Part shown: positions 8,858 through 18,178 of the stretch, piece after piece
Layout: every line of letters starts with the position of its first letter
Numbering within the stretch: position 1 is the first letter of the stretch
From: Candidatus Lindowbacteria bacterium RIFCSPLOWO2_12_FULL_62_27
GTDB taxonomy: Bacteria > Lindowbacteria > 2-12-FULL-62-27
Length of the DNA stretch: 64,000 bases
Direction: 5' to 3'
Assembly (NCBI GenBank): GCA_001784175.1
Contig: MFPR01000030.1
Span: forward strand, 62,001 to 126,000
The notes under the pieces: model-generated
Told to the model about the DNA's origin: nothing
Seen by the model: the letters and a program-made list of their open reading frames with translations, nothing else
The model's database searches: none
Position numbers and translations under genes: made by a program

Positions 8858-8899
8858 AAATCCAAAATCCAAAATCCAAAATCCAAAATCCAAAATCTC
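8858..8899. repeat. Heptamer tandem repeat (AAATCCA)x5 plus a degenerate unit, between zwf and glk
   Basis: aaatccaaaatccaaaatccaaaatccaaaatccaaaatctc. Confidence 0.85.
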
Positions 8900-8902
8900 A
8901 AT

Positions 8903-10420
8903 CTAATCACGGGGGTTCCACCACATCCGGCCCCGCTTTGCCATCAGCTTGTCGGACTCCTCCGGTCCCCAGGAGCCGGCGGCGTAGTTGGGGAATTTGC
9001 GCGCGGGGATGTTCTGCCAGATGTCGAGGATCGGCGAGCAGACTTTCCAGGAGGAGTCGACCATGTCGAACCGGGGGAAGAGGGTGTTGTCGCCGATCAT
9101 GACGTCGTAGATGAGGGTCTCGTACCCGGTTTCGGGCGCGGCGTGAAAATAGTTTTCGTAATTGAAATCCATCCGTACCGTCTTGAGCTTGACGGTCGGC
9201 CCCGGGATCTTGGCCTCGAACATGAGCGAGATGCCCTCGGACGGCTGGATGTTCATGATGAGGCGGCAGGGCTGGATCGATTCGATGTTGGCGTTGCGAA
9301 AGAGCATCATGGGCGCGCGATTGAACTGGAGGACGGCCTGCGTCATGCGTTTGGGGAGGCGTTTGCCGGTGCGCAGATAAAAGGGGACACCGGCCCAGCG
9401 CCAGTTTTCGATGTCCAGTCTCATCGCACAGTACGTTTCCGTATTGGATTTGGGATTGACCGACGGATCCTCGCGGTATCCCGGCACCGGCTTGCCGCCG
9501 ACCATGCCGGCGCCGTACTGGCCCCGGACGGTGGTTTCGAGGATGGCCTCCTCGGTCAGCGGCCGGATCGCATTGATGACTTTGACCTTTTCGTTCCGCA
9601 CATCCTCCGGCCGCAGGCTGATGGGCGGCTCCATGGCGATGACGGAGAGGACCTGGAAGACGTGGTTCTGGATGATGTCGCGGAGGGACCCGGCGGTGTC
9701 GTAATAGCCGCCGCGGCCTTCGACGCCGAGCGTTTCGGACACGGTGATCTGCACGTGGTCCATGTTGTCCCGGTTCCAGAGCGGCTCGAATATGCTGTTG
9801 GCGAACCGGAACATCATGATGTTCTGCACGGTTTCCTTGCCCATGTAATGGTCGATCCGGTAGACCTGGTCCTCCTCGAAGACCGAACAGATCTGCTTGT
9901 TCAGGTCGCGGGACGTGTCGATGTCGCGGCCGAACGGTTTTTCGACCACGATGCGCCGCCATCCGGCGCCGTTTTGACCGTCCGACCGCTGAAGACCGAC
10001 CTCGCCGAGCATCTGGGCGATGGTGCCGAAGAAGGCGGGCGGGACGGAATTATAGTAGAGGACATTCCCGCCGGTCTTGCGTTCGGCGTCGACCTGCTTG
10101 AGGAGCGCCGCCAGTTTTTCGAACCCGGCGCGGTCGCTGAAATTTCCGGTCTGATAGTAAAGCCCCTTGACGAATTCGCCGGCCCGGTCCAGCGGAATCT
10201 TGCTGCCGGCGAATTCCTTGAGATTGTCCGCCATGTAGGCGCGGAACTCATCATGCGACATCTCGCGGTTGGCGAACCCGACCACGGCGAAATTTTCCGG
10301 GAGGAGATTCTGATTCATCAAATTGTAGAGCGCCGGGATCAGCTTGCGTTTGCAGAGGTCTCCCGATGCTCCGAAAATGACAACGGTGCAGGGATCGCCG
10401 GGCCGGCCCTTTTCGGACAT
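8903..10420 (-). CDS. zwf: Glucose-6-phosphate 1-dehydrogenase
   Basis: IFGASGDL, EKPFG, YRIDHYMGKETVQN, RWAGVPFYLRTGK. Confidence 0.97.
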   Translation of the reverse strand: MSEKGRPGDPCTVVIFGASGDLCKRKLIPALYNLMNQNLLPENFAVVGFANREMSHDEFRAYMADNLKEFAGSKIPLDRAGEFVKGLYYQTGNFSDRAGFEKLAALLKQVDAERKTGGNVLYYNSVPPAFFGTIAQMLGEVGLQRSDGQNGAGWRRIVVEKPFGRDIDTSRDLNKQICSVFEEDQVYRIDHYMGKETVQNIMMFRFANSIFEPLWNRDNMDHVQITVSETLGVEGRGGYYDTAGSLRDIIQNHVFQVLSVIAMEPPISLRPEDVRNEKVKVINAIRPLTEEAILETTVRGQYGAGMVGGKPVPGYREDPSVNPKSNTETYCAMRLDIENWRWAGVPFYLRTGKRLPKRMTQAVLQFNRAPMMLFRNANIESIQPCRLIMNIQPSEGISLMFEAKIPGPTVKLKTVRMDFNYENYFHAAPETGYETLIYDVMIGDNTLFPRFDMVDSSWKVCSPILDIWQNIPARKFPNYAAGSWGPEESDKLMAKRGRMWWNPRD

Positions 10421-10425
10421 GGAAC

Positions 10426-11370
10426 TTATTTGGCCTTGACGGGCGCCTTGCGCGGGCCGACGGTCTGGCCGGCGGCGGTCTTGACGGCGTGTCCGCCGAA
10501 CTGCTGGCGAAGCGCGGCGACGACCTTGTCGGCGTACTCCTCCTCCTCGCGGGAGCGGAACCGCGTGAAGAGGGACATGGCGAGGACCGGCGCGGGCACG
10601 TCCTCGTCGATGGCGGCCTGCAAGGTCCATCGGCCTTCGCCGGTGTCCTCGACGTAGCCCTTGATGTTGGCGAGTCCGGGGTCGGCCTTGAAGGCGTCCT
10701 CGAGAAGCTCGCAGAGCCAGGACCGGACGACGCTGCCGCGGTTCCAGACGGCGGCGATGGCGCCGAGGTCGAGATTAAACGGGGATTTGTGAAGGACGGC
10801 GAATCCCTCGCCGTAGGCCTGCATCATGCCGTATTCGATGCCGTTGTGAACCATCTTGACGAAATGCCCGGCGCCGGCCTTGCCGCAGTGGATGTATCCG
10901 TTTTCCGGCGCGAGCGTCTTGAAAATGGGATCGAGCCGCTTGAATATTTCCTTGTCGCCGCCCATCATCATGCAGTAGCCGATCTTGTAGCCCCAGATGC
11001 CGCCGCTGGTGCCGACGTCCATGTAATGAATGCCCTTTTTCTTGAGTTCCTCCGCGCGGCGCGCGTCGTCCGTGAACTTGGAGTTGCCGCCGTCGATCAG
11101 GACATCGTCCTTGTCGCACATGTCCGCGAGCGCGTAGAGCGTTTCGTCGGTGGGCTTGCCGGCGGGAACCATGACCCAGATGGCGCGGGGTTTTTTCATT
11201 TTTGAAACGAGTTCCTTGAGGGTGAAGGCGCCCTCGACGTTTTTGATTCTGGCGAATTCCTTGACGGTGTCCTCCCCGCGGTCAAACGCGACGATCTTGT
11301 GCCCGCCCTCCGCCAACCGCTTGACCATGTTGCCGCCCATTCTTCCCAAACCGACCATTCCGAGTTGCAT
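10426..11370 (-). CDS. gnd: 6-phosphogluconate dehydrogenase, decarboxylating (short type)
   Basis: GLGRMGGNM, IDGGNS, DVGTSGG, GHFVKMVHNGIEYG, QFGGHA. Confidence 0.96.
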   Translation of the reverse strand: MQLGMVGLGRMGGNMVKRLAEGGHKIVAFDRGEDTVKEFARIKNVEGAFTLKELVSKMKKPRAIWVMVPAGKPTDETLYALADMCDKDDVLIDGGNSKFTDDARRAEELKKKGIHYMDVGTSGGIWGYKIGYCMMMGGDKEIFKRLDPIFKTLAPENGYIHCGKAGAGHFVKMVHNGIEYGMMQAYGEGFAVLHKSPFNLDLGAIAAVWNRGSVVRSWLCELLEDAFKADPGLANIKGYVEDTGEGRWTLQAAIDEDVPAPVLAMSLFTRFRSREEEEYADKVVAALRQQFGGHAVKTAAGQTVGPRKAPVKAK

Positions 11371-11402
11371 CACTGTTCTCCTTTCGAGTGGGTGTTACGT
11401 TC

Positions 11403-14303
11403 CTACCGGGTGACCGCCTCGACAGACTTTCTCAGCCGCTCCAGATTTTTATCGACGTTCTTGCCCAGATGCACCCGGATGAGCCGGCGGCCGCGTTTGG
11501 TGAGCGACTGGAAATCGCCGAGGGCCTGGGCCTGCTTGAGGACGCCGAACGTGAATGATTCGCCGGGGATCGGCAGGTCCTCCGGGTCGTCGCAGGTGAT
11601 CTGCGTGAAGAATCCGGAGTCGGGGCCGCCCTTGTGAAGCTGTCCGGTCGAGTGCAAAAACCGCGGGCCGAATCCCACGGTGGTTGCGACCTTTTTGGTG
11701 TCGCGGACCGTCGCGCGGATCGACTGGAGGGCCTTCGTGTGGGCCGCGTTCATTTCGATGTAGGCGTTGAACGCGGCGTAATCGCCGGCCGTGAGCCGCG
11801 AGAAGTGCGCGTGGAGGACCGACTCGATGGAGCCTTTCGGGAAAGAGCTGCGGGATGCTTTGGTCTTGAGTTCCGCCGAGTTTTTCTTGTCGGCGAAAAT
11901 CGAAATCCCGTCCGAGACGAGGAGCGGTTCCTCCTCCGGGAGTTTCCCTTTTTTCTTGTACTCTTCCAGAAACGCCTTCGTGTTGTCCTTGCTTTCCTGG
12001 ACGTTGGGCTGGTCGAACGCGTTGATGCCGAGGATGGCGCCGGCGGTGGCGGTGGCGATTTCCCAGTGGAAGAATTCCTCGCCGAGGTCCATGGCCGCCC
12101 CGATGACGTTGCGGACGACCGGCTGGCCGGCCTTTTCGAGCGCGTCGACCATCTTGTCCTGTTTGGCGTCCGGCGCGGATGAGAGCCGGATGTAGGCAAA
12201 GACGCGGTCGGCGCCGTACTTGTCGGGCGCGCCGGGCGGCTCGTCGGCGACGGGGATCAGTCCCCGGCCCTCCTTGCCGGTGCTCTCCGCGATGAGCTGC
12301 TCGAGCCACGCGCCGAGGTCGCTGACGCCGGGCGACGCGATGATGGTGACCTTGTCGCGCCCCTTTTTCGCCAGCTCGCCGAGGATGGTTCCGAGGACGA
12401 CGCCTGGATTGTCCTCGGGCGGGACGCACGACGCGCAACTGTGGACCATGCGTTCGGCCTCGCGGAGGAACGCGGGCACATCGACGCCCATGGCGGACGC
12501 GGGCACCAGTCCGAACTTGGACAGGGCCGAGTACCGGCCGCCGATTTCGGGCACGCCGGAAAAGACATGCCAGAACCCTTTTTCGGTGACCTCTTTTTCC
12601 AGGGCCGAGCCGGGGTCGGTGATGGCGATGAAATTCTGCGCGGCCTTTTTCGCGTCGCCCTTGAAGGCCTTTTTCATTTTGTCAAAGAAGTAATGGTGAA
12701 AGACGTTGGGTTCCGTGGTGGATCCGGACTTGGAGGCGACGATGCAGAGGGTTTTGGCGAGATCCACTCTGTCTTCAAAGGACCGGACCTGGGCCGGGAC
12801 CGTGCTGTCGAGGACGAGGAGTTCCGGAAAGCCCTTGAGGACGCCGAAGGTCATCCGCAGGACCTCGGGACAGAGGCTCGATCCGCCCATGCCGAGAAGC
12901 AGGATGTGCTTGAAGCCGCGTTTCTTCACTTCCTGCTGGAAGTCGACGAGCCGGCCAACGCGCTCGAGTTCCTGTTCGACGATGTGAAGCCATCCCATCG
13001 CGTTGTAAATGATCGGATGGTGCTCCTTCTTCTTCGTCCACAGGGTCGGGTCGCGGTCCCAGAGGCGTCGGACAAAACCGGACTTGCGCATGCTGTCGAG
13101 CGCGGCCTTCACCGTCTCGGTGTCCTTGCCGATCGAAAAACTCTGCCGGTTGATCTCCTCGCCTTCGATGCCCTCGCGCTTCTTTTCGATCGCGCTCATG
13201 AGTTCGTCAAACGAATCGGAGAAGGCCTTGACGCCCTCGTCCATCAGTTTGGCCGTGGCGTCGGCAAGGTCAATGCCGGAGTCCGCGAGGAGTTTGAGTT
13301 CGCGTTCGGCCGCATCGACGTTTTTGTCGAGGGTCTGCGCGGGCTCGCCGTGGTCGCGGAAGGCGCTGAAGGTCGCGGCGGGCACGGTGTCGACCGTATC
13401 GGGGCCGATGAGGCCTTCGATATAGAAGACGTCGCGGTACTTGGGATTCTTGGTGCTGGTGGAGGCCCAGAGGAGCCGCTGAGGCCGCGCGCCCTTTTCG
13501 GCGAGTTTTTTCCAACGCGGCGAAGCGATGATCTGTTGGTAAAGTTTGTAGGCGATCTTGGCGTTGGCGATGGCGATGCGCCCTTGGAGTGCGGCGAGTT
13601 TTTCGCGTTCCGCGTCGGATTTGAGGAGCGGGAGGCGCAGGGCGATGCGTTTGTCGATTTCGGTATCAATGCGGCTGATGAAGAAGCTGGCGACGGACGA
13701 AATGTTGCGGATGTCCTTGCCGGCAGCCGCGCGTTTTTCGAGGCCGGCGATGTAGGCGTGGGCGGCTTGTTCGTACATGTCGACCGCGAAGAGCAGGGTG
13801 ACGTTGATGTTGAATCCGTCGGCGATGAGCCGCTCGATGGCGGGGATGCCGGCGGGCGTGGCGGGGACCTTGATCATGACGTTGTCCCGGCCAACTTCGC
13901 GTCGCAGGCGGTTGGCCTCCTTGATCGTGCCTTCGGTGTCGTTGGCGAGGTAGGGCGATACCTCCAAACTGACGAACCCGTCGCGGCCCTTGGTCTTGTC
14001 GTAGACGGGCCGGAGCAGGTCGGTGGCCATCTGAATGTCCTTGACGGCGAGGGTTTCGTAGATTTCATCGACGCCTTTTTCTTTTTTCACGAGGGATTTG
14101 ATCACGTCATCGTAATCGGTGCTGCCGGAAATCGCGTTTTTGAAAATGGTGGGATTGGAAGTAATGCCCAGAAGCCCGTCATGGTCGATCATGTTTTGAA
14201 GTTCACCGGATGTGATGAGTCCCCGGCGAATGTTGTCGTACCAGATGCTCTGCCCGAACTGCTGTACTCCGACCAGCGGATTCGCTTGCGTTTGTGTGGC
14301 CAC
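11403..14303 (-). CDS. tal-pgi: Bifunctional transaldolase / phosphoglucose isomerase
   Basis: N-half GQSIWYDNI, GITSNPTIF, VMIKVPAT, LLWASTSTK; C-half LLGMGGSSL, ASKSGSTTE, IGGRYSALS, EQLIAESTGK, FDQPNVQESK. Confidence 0.95.
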   Translation of the reverse strand: MATQTQANPLVGVQQFGQSIWYDNIRRGLITSGELQNMIDHDGLLGITSNPTIFKNAISGSTDYDDVIKSLVKKEKGVDEIYETLAVKDIQMATDLLRPVYDKTKGRDGFVSLEVSPYLANDTEGTIKEANRLRREVGRDNVMIKVPATPAGIPAIERLIADGFNINVTLLFAVDMYEQAAHAYIAGLEKRAAAGKDIRNISSVASFFISRIDTEIDKRIALRLPLLKSDAEREKLAALQGRIAIANAKIAYKLYQQIIASPRWKKLAEKGARPQRLLWASTSTKNPKYRDVFYIEGLIGPDTVDTVPAATFSAFRDHGEPAQTLDKNVDAAERELKLLADSGIDLADATAKLMDEGVKAFSDSFDELMSAIEKKREGIEGEEINRQSFSIGKDTETVKAALDSMRKSGFVRRLWDRDPTLWTKKKEHHPIIYNAMGWLHIVEQELERVGRLVDFQQEVKKRGFKHILLLGMGGSSLCPEVLRMTFGVLKGFPELLVLDSTVPAQVRSFEDRVDLAKTLCIVASKSGSTTEPNVFHHYFFDKMKKAFKGDAKKAAQNFIAITDPGSALEKEVTEKGFWHVFSGVPEIGGRYSALSKFGLVPASAMGVDVPAFLREAERMVHSCASCVPPEDNPGVVLGTILGELAKKGRDKVTIIASPGVSDLGAWLEQLIAESTGKEGRGLIPVADEPPGAPDKYGADRVFAYIRLSSAPDAKQDKMVDALEKAGQPVVRNVIGAAMDLGEEFFHWEIATATAGAILGINAFDQPNVQESKDNTKAFLEEYKKKGKLPEEEPLLVSDGISIFADKKNSAELKTKASRSSFPKGSIESVLHAHFSRLTAGDYAAFNAYIEMNAAHTKALQSIRATVRDTKKVATTVGFGPRFLHSTGQLHKGGPDSGFFTQITCDDPEDLPIPGESFTFGVLKQAQALGDFQSLTKRGRRLIRVHLGKNVDKNLERLRKSVEAVTR

Positions 14304-14394
14304 GCAGTACCACCCCTTCTCCCCGTTTCCCCTCTTCGACCGTCCAGCGCGGGCATCCTAGCTTGGCCGTTTGGGAAAATCCACAACTATTTTT

Positions 14395-14423
14395 TTGACT
14401 TTGGGATTGGCCGGGACTATGAT
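14395..14423 (+). promoter_or_regulatory. Sigma70-type promoter, probably giving a leaderless mRNA
   Basis: TTGACT-17-TATGAT with the ATG at 14430 and no room for an SD. Confidence 0.65.
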
Positions 14424-14429
14424 GAAGAC

Positions 14430-14960
14430 ATGGACCTCATGGAAATGTGGCAGGAGGCGGTCCGGACGACGCGGGTACGCCGGCGGCGGCTGGCCGGGCT
14501 TGAGACCTTCGAGAACACGCGGCTGCCCTACATTCTGGTCAGCGAGCATCCGCGCCTGCCGGCGCAATCGCATGTGCGGCAGGGTGCGGTGGAGGTGGCG
14601 CGGCCGAAACTCATTTTGCCGGAGCATCATCCGCAGTTTGAAGGATTCGACTTTCATGAAATGGCGGCGGACGAGAACAGCGTCAACACGCTGATGTTCG
14701 TCCGCGGCGTGCGCCTGCCGAGCCTCAAGTTCAAGAACCGCCAGCAGCAACAGGTGTATGACGGGACGGTGGAGGAGGCGCTGGCGCAGTACGGGCGGGA
14801 CCTGGCGCGGACGGAGGACGTTGCGACGGGTCTCATCACCGGCAACGAAGGCGTGTGGCCGTTTGCGCTCCTGTTCTACGTATCGCTTCTAATCGTGAAG
14901 AACGTCCCGAAGGACATCGAGCGGATGATGGAGGATTTTCGCGAGCACTTTCCAAATTAG
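14430..14960 (+). CDS. Hypothetical protein (176 aa)
   Basis: Protein-like tail of ORF 12441..14960 (MDLMEMWQEAVR...LPYILV...RGVRLPSLKFKN...) directly behind a promoter; the rest of that ORF is antisense to tal-pgi. Confidence 0.8.
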   Translation: MDLMEMWQEAVRTTRVRRRRLAGLETFENTRLPYILVSEHPRLPAQSHVRQGAVEVARPKLILPEHHPQFEGFDFHEMAADENSVNTLMFVRGVRLPSLKFKNRQQQQVYDGTVEEALAQYGRDLARTEDVATGLITGNEGVWPFALLFYVSLLIVKNVPKDIERMMEDFREHFPN

Positions 14961-14967
14961 CGCCAAG

Positions 14968-17862
14968 ATGCTGTACGCCCTCGGATTTGTTTCCGGCTGG
15001 TCCGCCATCCTTTACCAGATTTTGTGGATGCGCCGATTCGGGCTCCTCTTCGGCTCCACGGCCGCGTCGATGGGCGTGTGCCTGGCCGCGTTCATGGGAG
15101 GGCTCGGCGCCGGCGCGTGGCTCCTGGGCCGGCTGTCGGACCGGCTCCGGCGTCCGGAGCGACTGTATGGAGGGATCGAGCTGGCCGTCGGATTGTACGG
15201 GCTTGCGTCGCCGTACATCTTCGACGCGGCGTTTTCAGCGCTGCAGGCGGCGATGGATGGCGGAGCGGGCGGAGCGGCATCGGGGCGATTGATCCTCAAG
15301 TCCGCGTTGGGAGCGCTCCTGCTTTTGCCGCCGACATTTCTGATGGGCGGAACGTTTCCGGCGGCCATCCGGTATCTGTCATCGACGGCGCAGGATCGAG
15401 GGCGGCCCATGGGCCTCTTCTACGCCGCCAACACGCTGGGCGCCGCGGCGGGGGCGGTGCTTCTGCCGGTGGCGCTGCTGGAGCGATTCGGCATGAACGG
15501 CGTGACGTGCCTCGCGGCCGCGGGCAACGGGATCGCGGGGATCGGGGCGTTTCTCCTGCCTGTCGCCGGGGGGAAAACAGAGGGCGGGGAGGCGACCGCC
15601 TCTCCATATATATATAGGGGGGTTGGCGGGGCCTTTTTCCTGTCGGGGTTTGCCGCGCTGGCGCTTGAAACGCTGTACAATCGGGTTCTGATATTGACGT
15701 TCGGCAGTTCCATCTATTCCTATTCGTTCATCCTGTTCGTCTACCTGCTGGGCATGGGTCTGGGCAGTGAGGGATATGTGCTTCTGGAGCGGCGTCTGGG
15801 CGCGCGGACGATTTTTTTCGGCGCGCAGCTTTGCGTGTTCACGTATCTGGCGGCCAGCATCCCGTTTCTGGACCGGGTGGCGCTTGCGCAGCTCTGGATG
15901 TTCGACCGATGGGAAGGGCAATTTTGGGGATTTCACGCAGCGAATCTGGCGGCGGCGGCGCTGGTCTGCGGAATCCCGGCCCTCGGGTTCGGCGTGGGAT
16001 TTCCGGCGGCGTTAAAAGCGCTGACGGGCGAGCGGGACTTGGGCCGTCGGACCGGCGCATGGACCGCCGTCAACGGGATGGGGTCGGCGCTCGGGGGTCT
16101 CGCCGTCACGTTTGTTCTGCTTCCATGGCTCGGGAGTTTCCGATGCTTTGAGATCATCCTGGCGCTCATCGGCGTATCGCTGATTCTGATCGGCGGGTCT
16201 TTTTGCTCGGCGCGGCGGACATGGGCCACGGCTGTTGCGATCGGCCTGGCAACGGCCGGGATCATCGCCGTCACGCCGGCCTGGGACCTCCGGTACTTTC
16301 ACACCGAAATCAGCGTCCGGCCGAACATTGCGCTCGAAGCCTGGCGGGAAGGCGGGATGGACGCGAAAGCTCTCGACGACATGCGCGTCACGTCATTCAA
16401 GGAAGGCGCGGACGGAACGGTCAGCATCGTGGAATACCGGAACCCCGAGACGCCCGGCCCGGGCCGGCGGGCGTGGCGGCCGCGGGGAGACGACCGCATC
16501 GTGAGTCTGTTCGTGAACGGGAAGGTGGACGCGAGCGACCAGTACTCGGACATGGTCACGCAGAGTCTTCTCGGGCATCTGCCGATGCAGTTTCGCCCGG
16601 GGGCGCGGTCGGCGCTCCTGGTGGGACTCGGCAGCGGCGGCACCGCCGCCGCGCTGGCCCGGTATCCGCTCGAACGGCTGGACATCGTGGAGATTTCGGC
16701 CGAGGTCGTTCAGGCGGCGCGGGCGCATTTCGGGCACGTCCATCACGGCGTTTTGGAGGACACGCGCGCGCGCGTGATCATCGAGGATGGGCGAAGTTTT
16801 CTGTCGGGTCGCCGGTCGTATGACGTGATCGTGAATGAGCCGTCGAACGCGTGGGTATCGGGCGCGGCCAATTTGTTCACGCGGGAATATTTCGGGCGGG
16901 TCCGGCGGACCCTTGCGCCGGGCGGCATTTTTTGCCAGTGGTTTCAGTCGTACACGATGTCGTGGGAGAACCTCCTGGCGCTCCTGGGAACGATGCGATC
17001 GGAGTTCCGGCACCTGCGCGTTTTTCATTTTTCGCACGTCGATTTCAGCGGCGACCTCCTGATCCTCGCGTCGGAGGAGAGATTGGAGGTGTCGCCCGGC
17101 CAGTGGGCCGGGGTGGATCCCCGATTGAACGCGGATGCGCATCTCGGCTGGATCCAATCGTTCAACGACCTCATGCGCGGCTATGTCCTCGGCTCGGCCG
17201 AGCTCGACGCCGCGCTGGCCGCGCGCCGGATGCCCGCGACGCCGCACACGGACGACCGGCCGACGCTGGAGATGCGCGGCCCGAAGGATCTGTTTCTGAG
17301 GACGACGACGGCCAACCTGTTCCGGTTTGTGGACCTCGCGCCGGAATTGACGTTCGAATGGTCGATCGCCGGATCAGGGGCGCCGGAGGCGCTCGGACTC
17401 GAGGTGCGGCTGGAGAATCCGGCCGCCCGAATGTTTGAGGGGGGCGGCCTGCGGGTGGTGACGTTTTTGGACGAAAGCCGGACCTTCCTGCGCCGGCAGT
17501 CTTTTTTATACGGCCGATGGTCGGCGGGGGACGGAGGGCGCGGGAAGACGACCGAGATTTTCCGGCCGCTGCGAGGCCCCGTCGAAGAGGCGGCGCACGG
17601 GCTGACGATTTCGGGCTTTTGCGGCAAGTCTCCGGAATCGGCGCGAAGCGTCCGGAGCGAGGACGGCCGGAGGATGACCGTTGTTCAAACGGAGGACACA
17701 ACCTCCGTGACCGCCTATGCGGCCTGGAATTGCGGGCCGGCGGGCACGGGGCCGAAGACGTTTATTGTCCGGTACAGAGCGCCGAAGACGGATACCTCGG
17801 GCGCAAGGGCGAAGGACCTATGGTCCGCGGCGTCAAAAGAGTTCAGATGCCGGGGAGAGTAG
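14968..17862 (+). CDS. Fused membrane (MFS-like) / spermidine-synthase-like SAM-binding protein with C-terminal extension
   Basis: Many TM segments with PPTFLMGGTFP and YAANTLGA; LFVNGKVD, LLVGLGSGGT, VEIS, EDGR, DVIVNEPS, NLFTREYF, TDDRP. Confidence 0.9.
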   Translation: MLYALGFVSGWSAILYQILWMRRFGLLFGSTAASMGVCLAAFMGGLGAGAWLLGRLSDRLRRPERLYGGIELAVGLYGLASPYIFDAAFSALQAAMDGGAGGAASGRLILKSALGALLLLPPTFLMGGTFPAAIRYLSSTAQDRGRPMGLFYAANTLGAAAGAVLLPVALLERFGMNGVTCLAAAGNGIAGIGAFLLPVAGGKTEGGEATASPYIYRGVGGAFFLSGFAALALETLYNRVLILTFGSSIYSYSFILFVYLLGMGLGSEGYVLLERRLGARTIFFGAQLCVFTYLAASIPFLDRVALAQLWMFDRWEGQFWGFHAANLAAAALVCGIPALGFGVGFPAALKALTGERDLGRRTGAWTAVNGMGSALGGLAVTFVLLPWLGSFRCFEIILALIGVSLILIGGSFCSARRTWATAVAIGLATAGIIAVTPAWDLRYFHTEISVRPNIALEAWREGGMDAKALDDMRVTSFKEGADGTVSIVEYRNPETPGPGRRAWRPRGDDRIVSLFVNGKVDASDQYSDMVTQSLLGHLPMQFRPGARSALLVGLGSGGTAAALARYPLERLDIVEISAEVVQAARAHFGHVHHGVLEDTRARVIIEDGRSFLSGRRSYDVIVNEPSNAWVSGAANLFTREYFGRVRRTLAPGGIFCQWFQSYTMSWENLLALLGTMRSEFRHLRVFHFSHVDFSGDLLILASEERLEVSPGQWAGVDPRLNADAHLGWIQSFNDLMRGYVLGSAELDAALAARRMPATPHTDDRPTLEMRGPKDLFLRTTTANLFRFVDLAPELTFEWSIAGSGAPEALGLEVRLENPAARMFEGGGLRVVTFLDESRTFLRRQSFLYGRWSAGDGGRGKTTEIFRPLRGPVEEAAHGLTISGFCGKSPESARSVRSEDGRRMTVVQTEDTTSVTAYAAWNCGPAGTGPKTFIVRYRAPKTDTSGARAKDLWSAASKEFRCRGE

Positions 17863-17895
17863 CGACGGAAACGCCGTCGCGGCCCGGCCGGTTCC

Positions 17896-18093
17896 TCAGG
17901 CGCGGCGTTTTCGAGACCGGCTCTTGACGACGCGCGCCATGTCCTCCCGGCGGCGGCCCGGCGGCAGGGGCCGGTTCAATCCGGTCCGGACCATTTCGCG
18001 AACGATGGACGCCATCGACCGCTGATGGGTGAATGCCAGCCGCTTGAGCCGTTCGTGCACGGGCGCGTCAAGCTGGATGATCAAGCGTTTCAT
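17896..18093 (-). CDS. Small ribbon-helix-helix (CopG-like) DNA-binding protein
   Basis: MKRLIIQLDAPVHERLKRLAFTHQRSMASIVREMV has a beta-helix-helix pattern; SD GGAGG; large palindrome upstream. Confidence 0.75.
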   Translation of the reverse strand: MKRLIIQLDAPVHERLKRLAFTHQRSMASIVREMVRTGLNRPLPPGRRREDMARVVKSRSRKRRA

Positions 18094-18112
18094 CCGTTCC
18101 TCCCTTCCCCGA

Positions 18113-18160
18113 AGTGATATCATGATATCATGATAGCTATCATGATATCATGATATCACT
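18113..18160. repeat. 48-bp perfect palindrome built of TGATATCA units; likely operator of the RHH gene
   Basis: agTGATATCA-TGATATCA-TGATAGCTATCA-TGATATCA-TGATATCAct. Confidence 0.8.
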
Positions 18161-18178
18161 CTCGTTTGGCAAGGGGCG

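Noticed and set aside
12441-14429. First two-thirds of the 839-aa plus ORF
   Set aside because: Antisense to tal-pgi; only the part from 14430 has a promoter and protein-like sequence.
14968-17862. Canonical spermidine synthase (speE) assignment for the three SpeE-like genes
   Set aside because: They lack the GGGDG signature and carry large membrane domains, so the activity is left unassigned.
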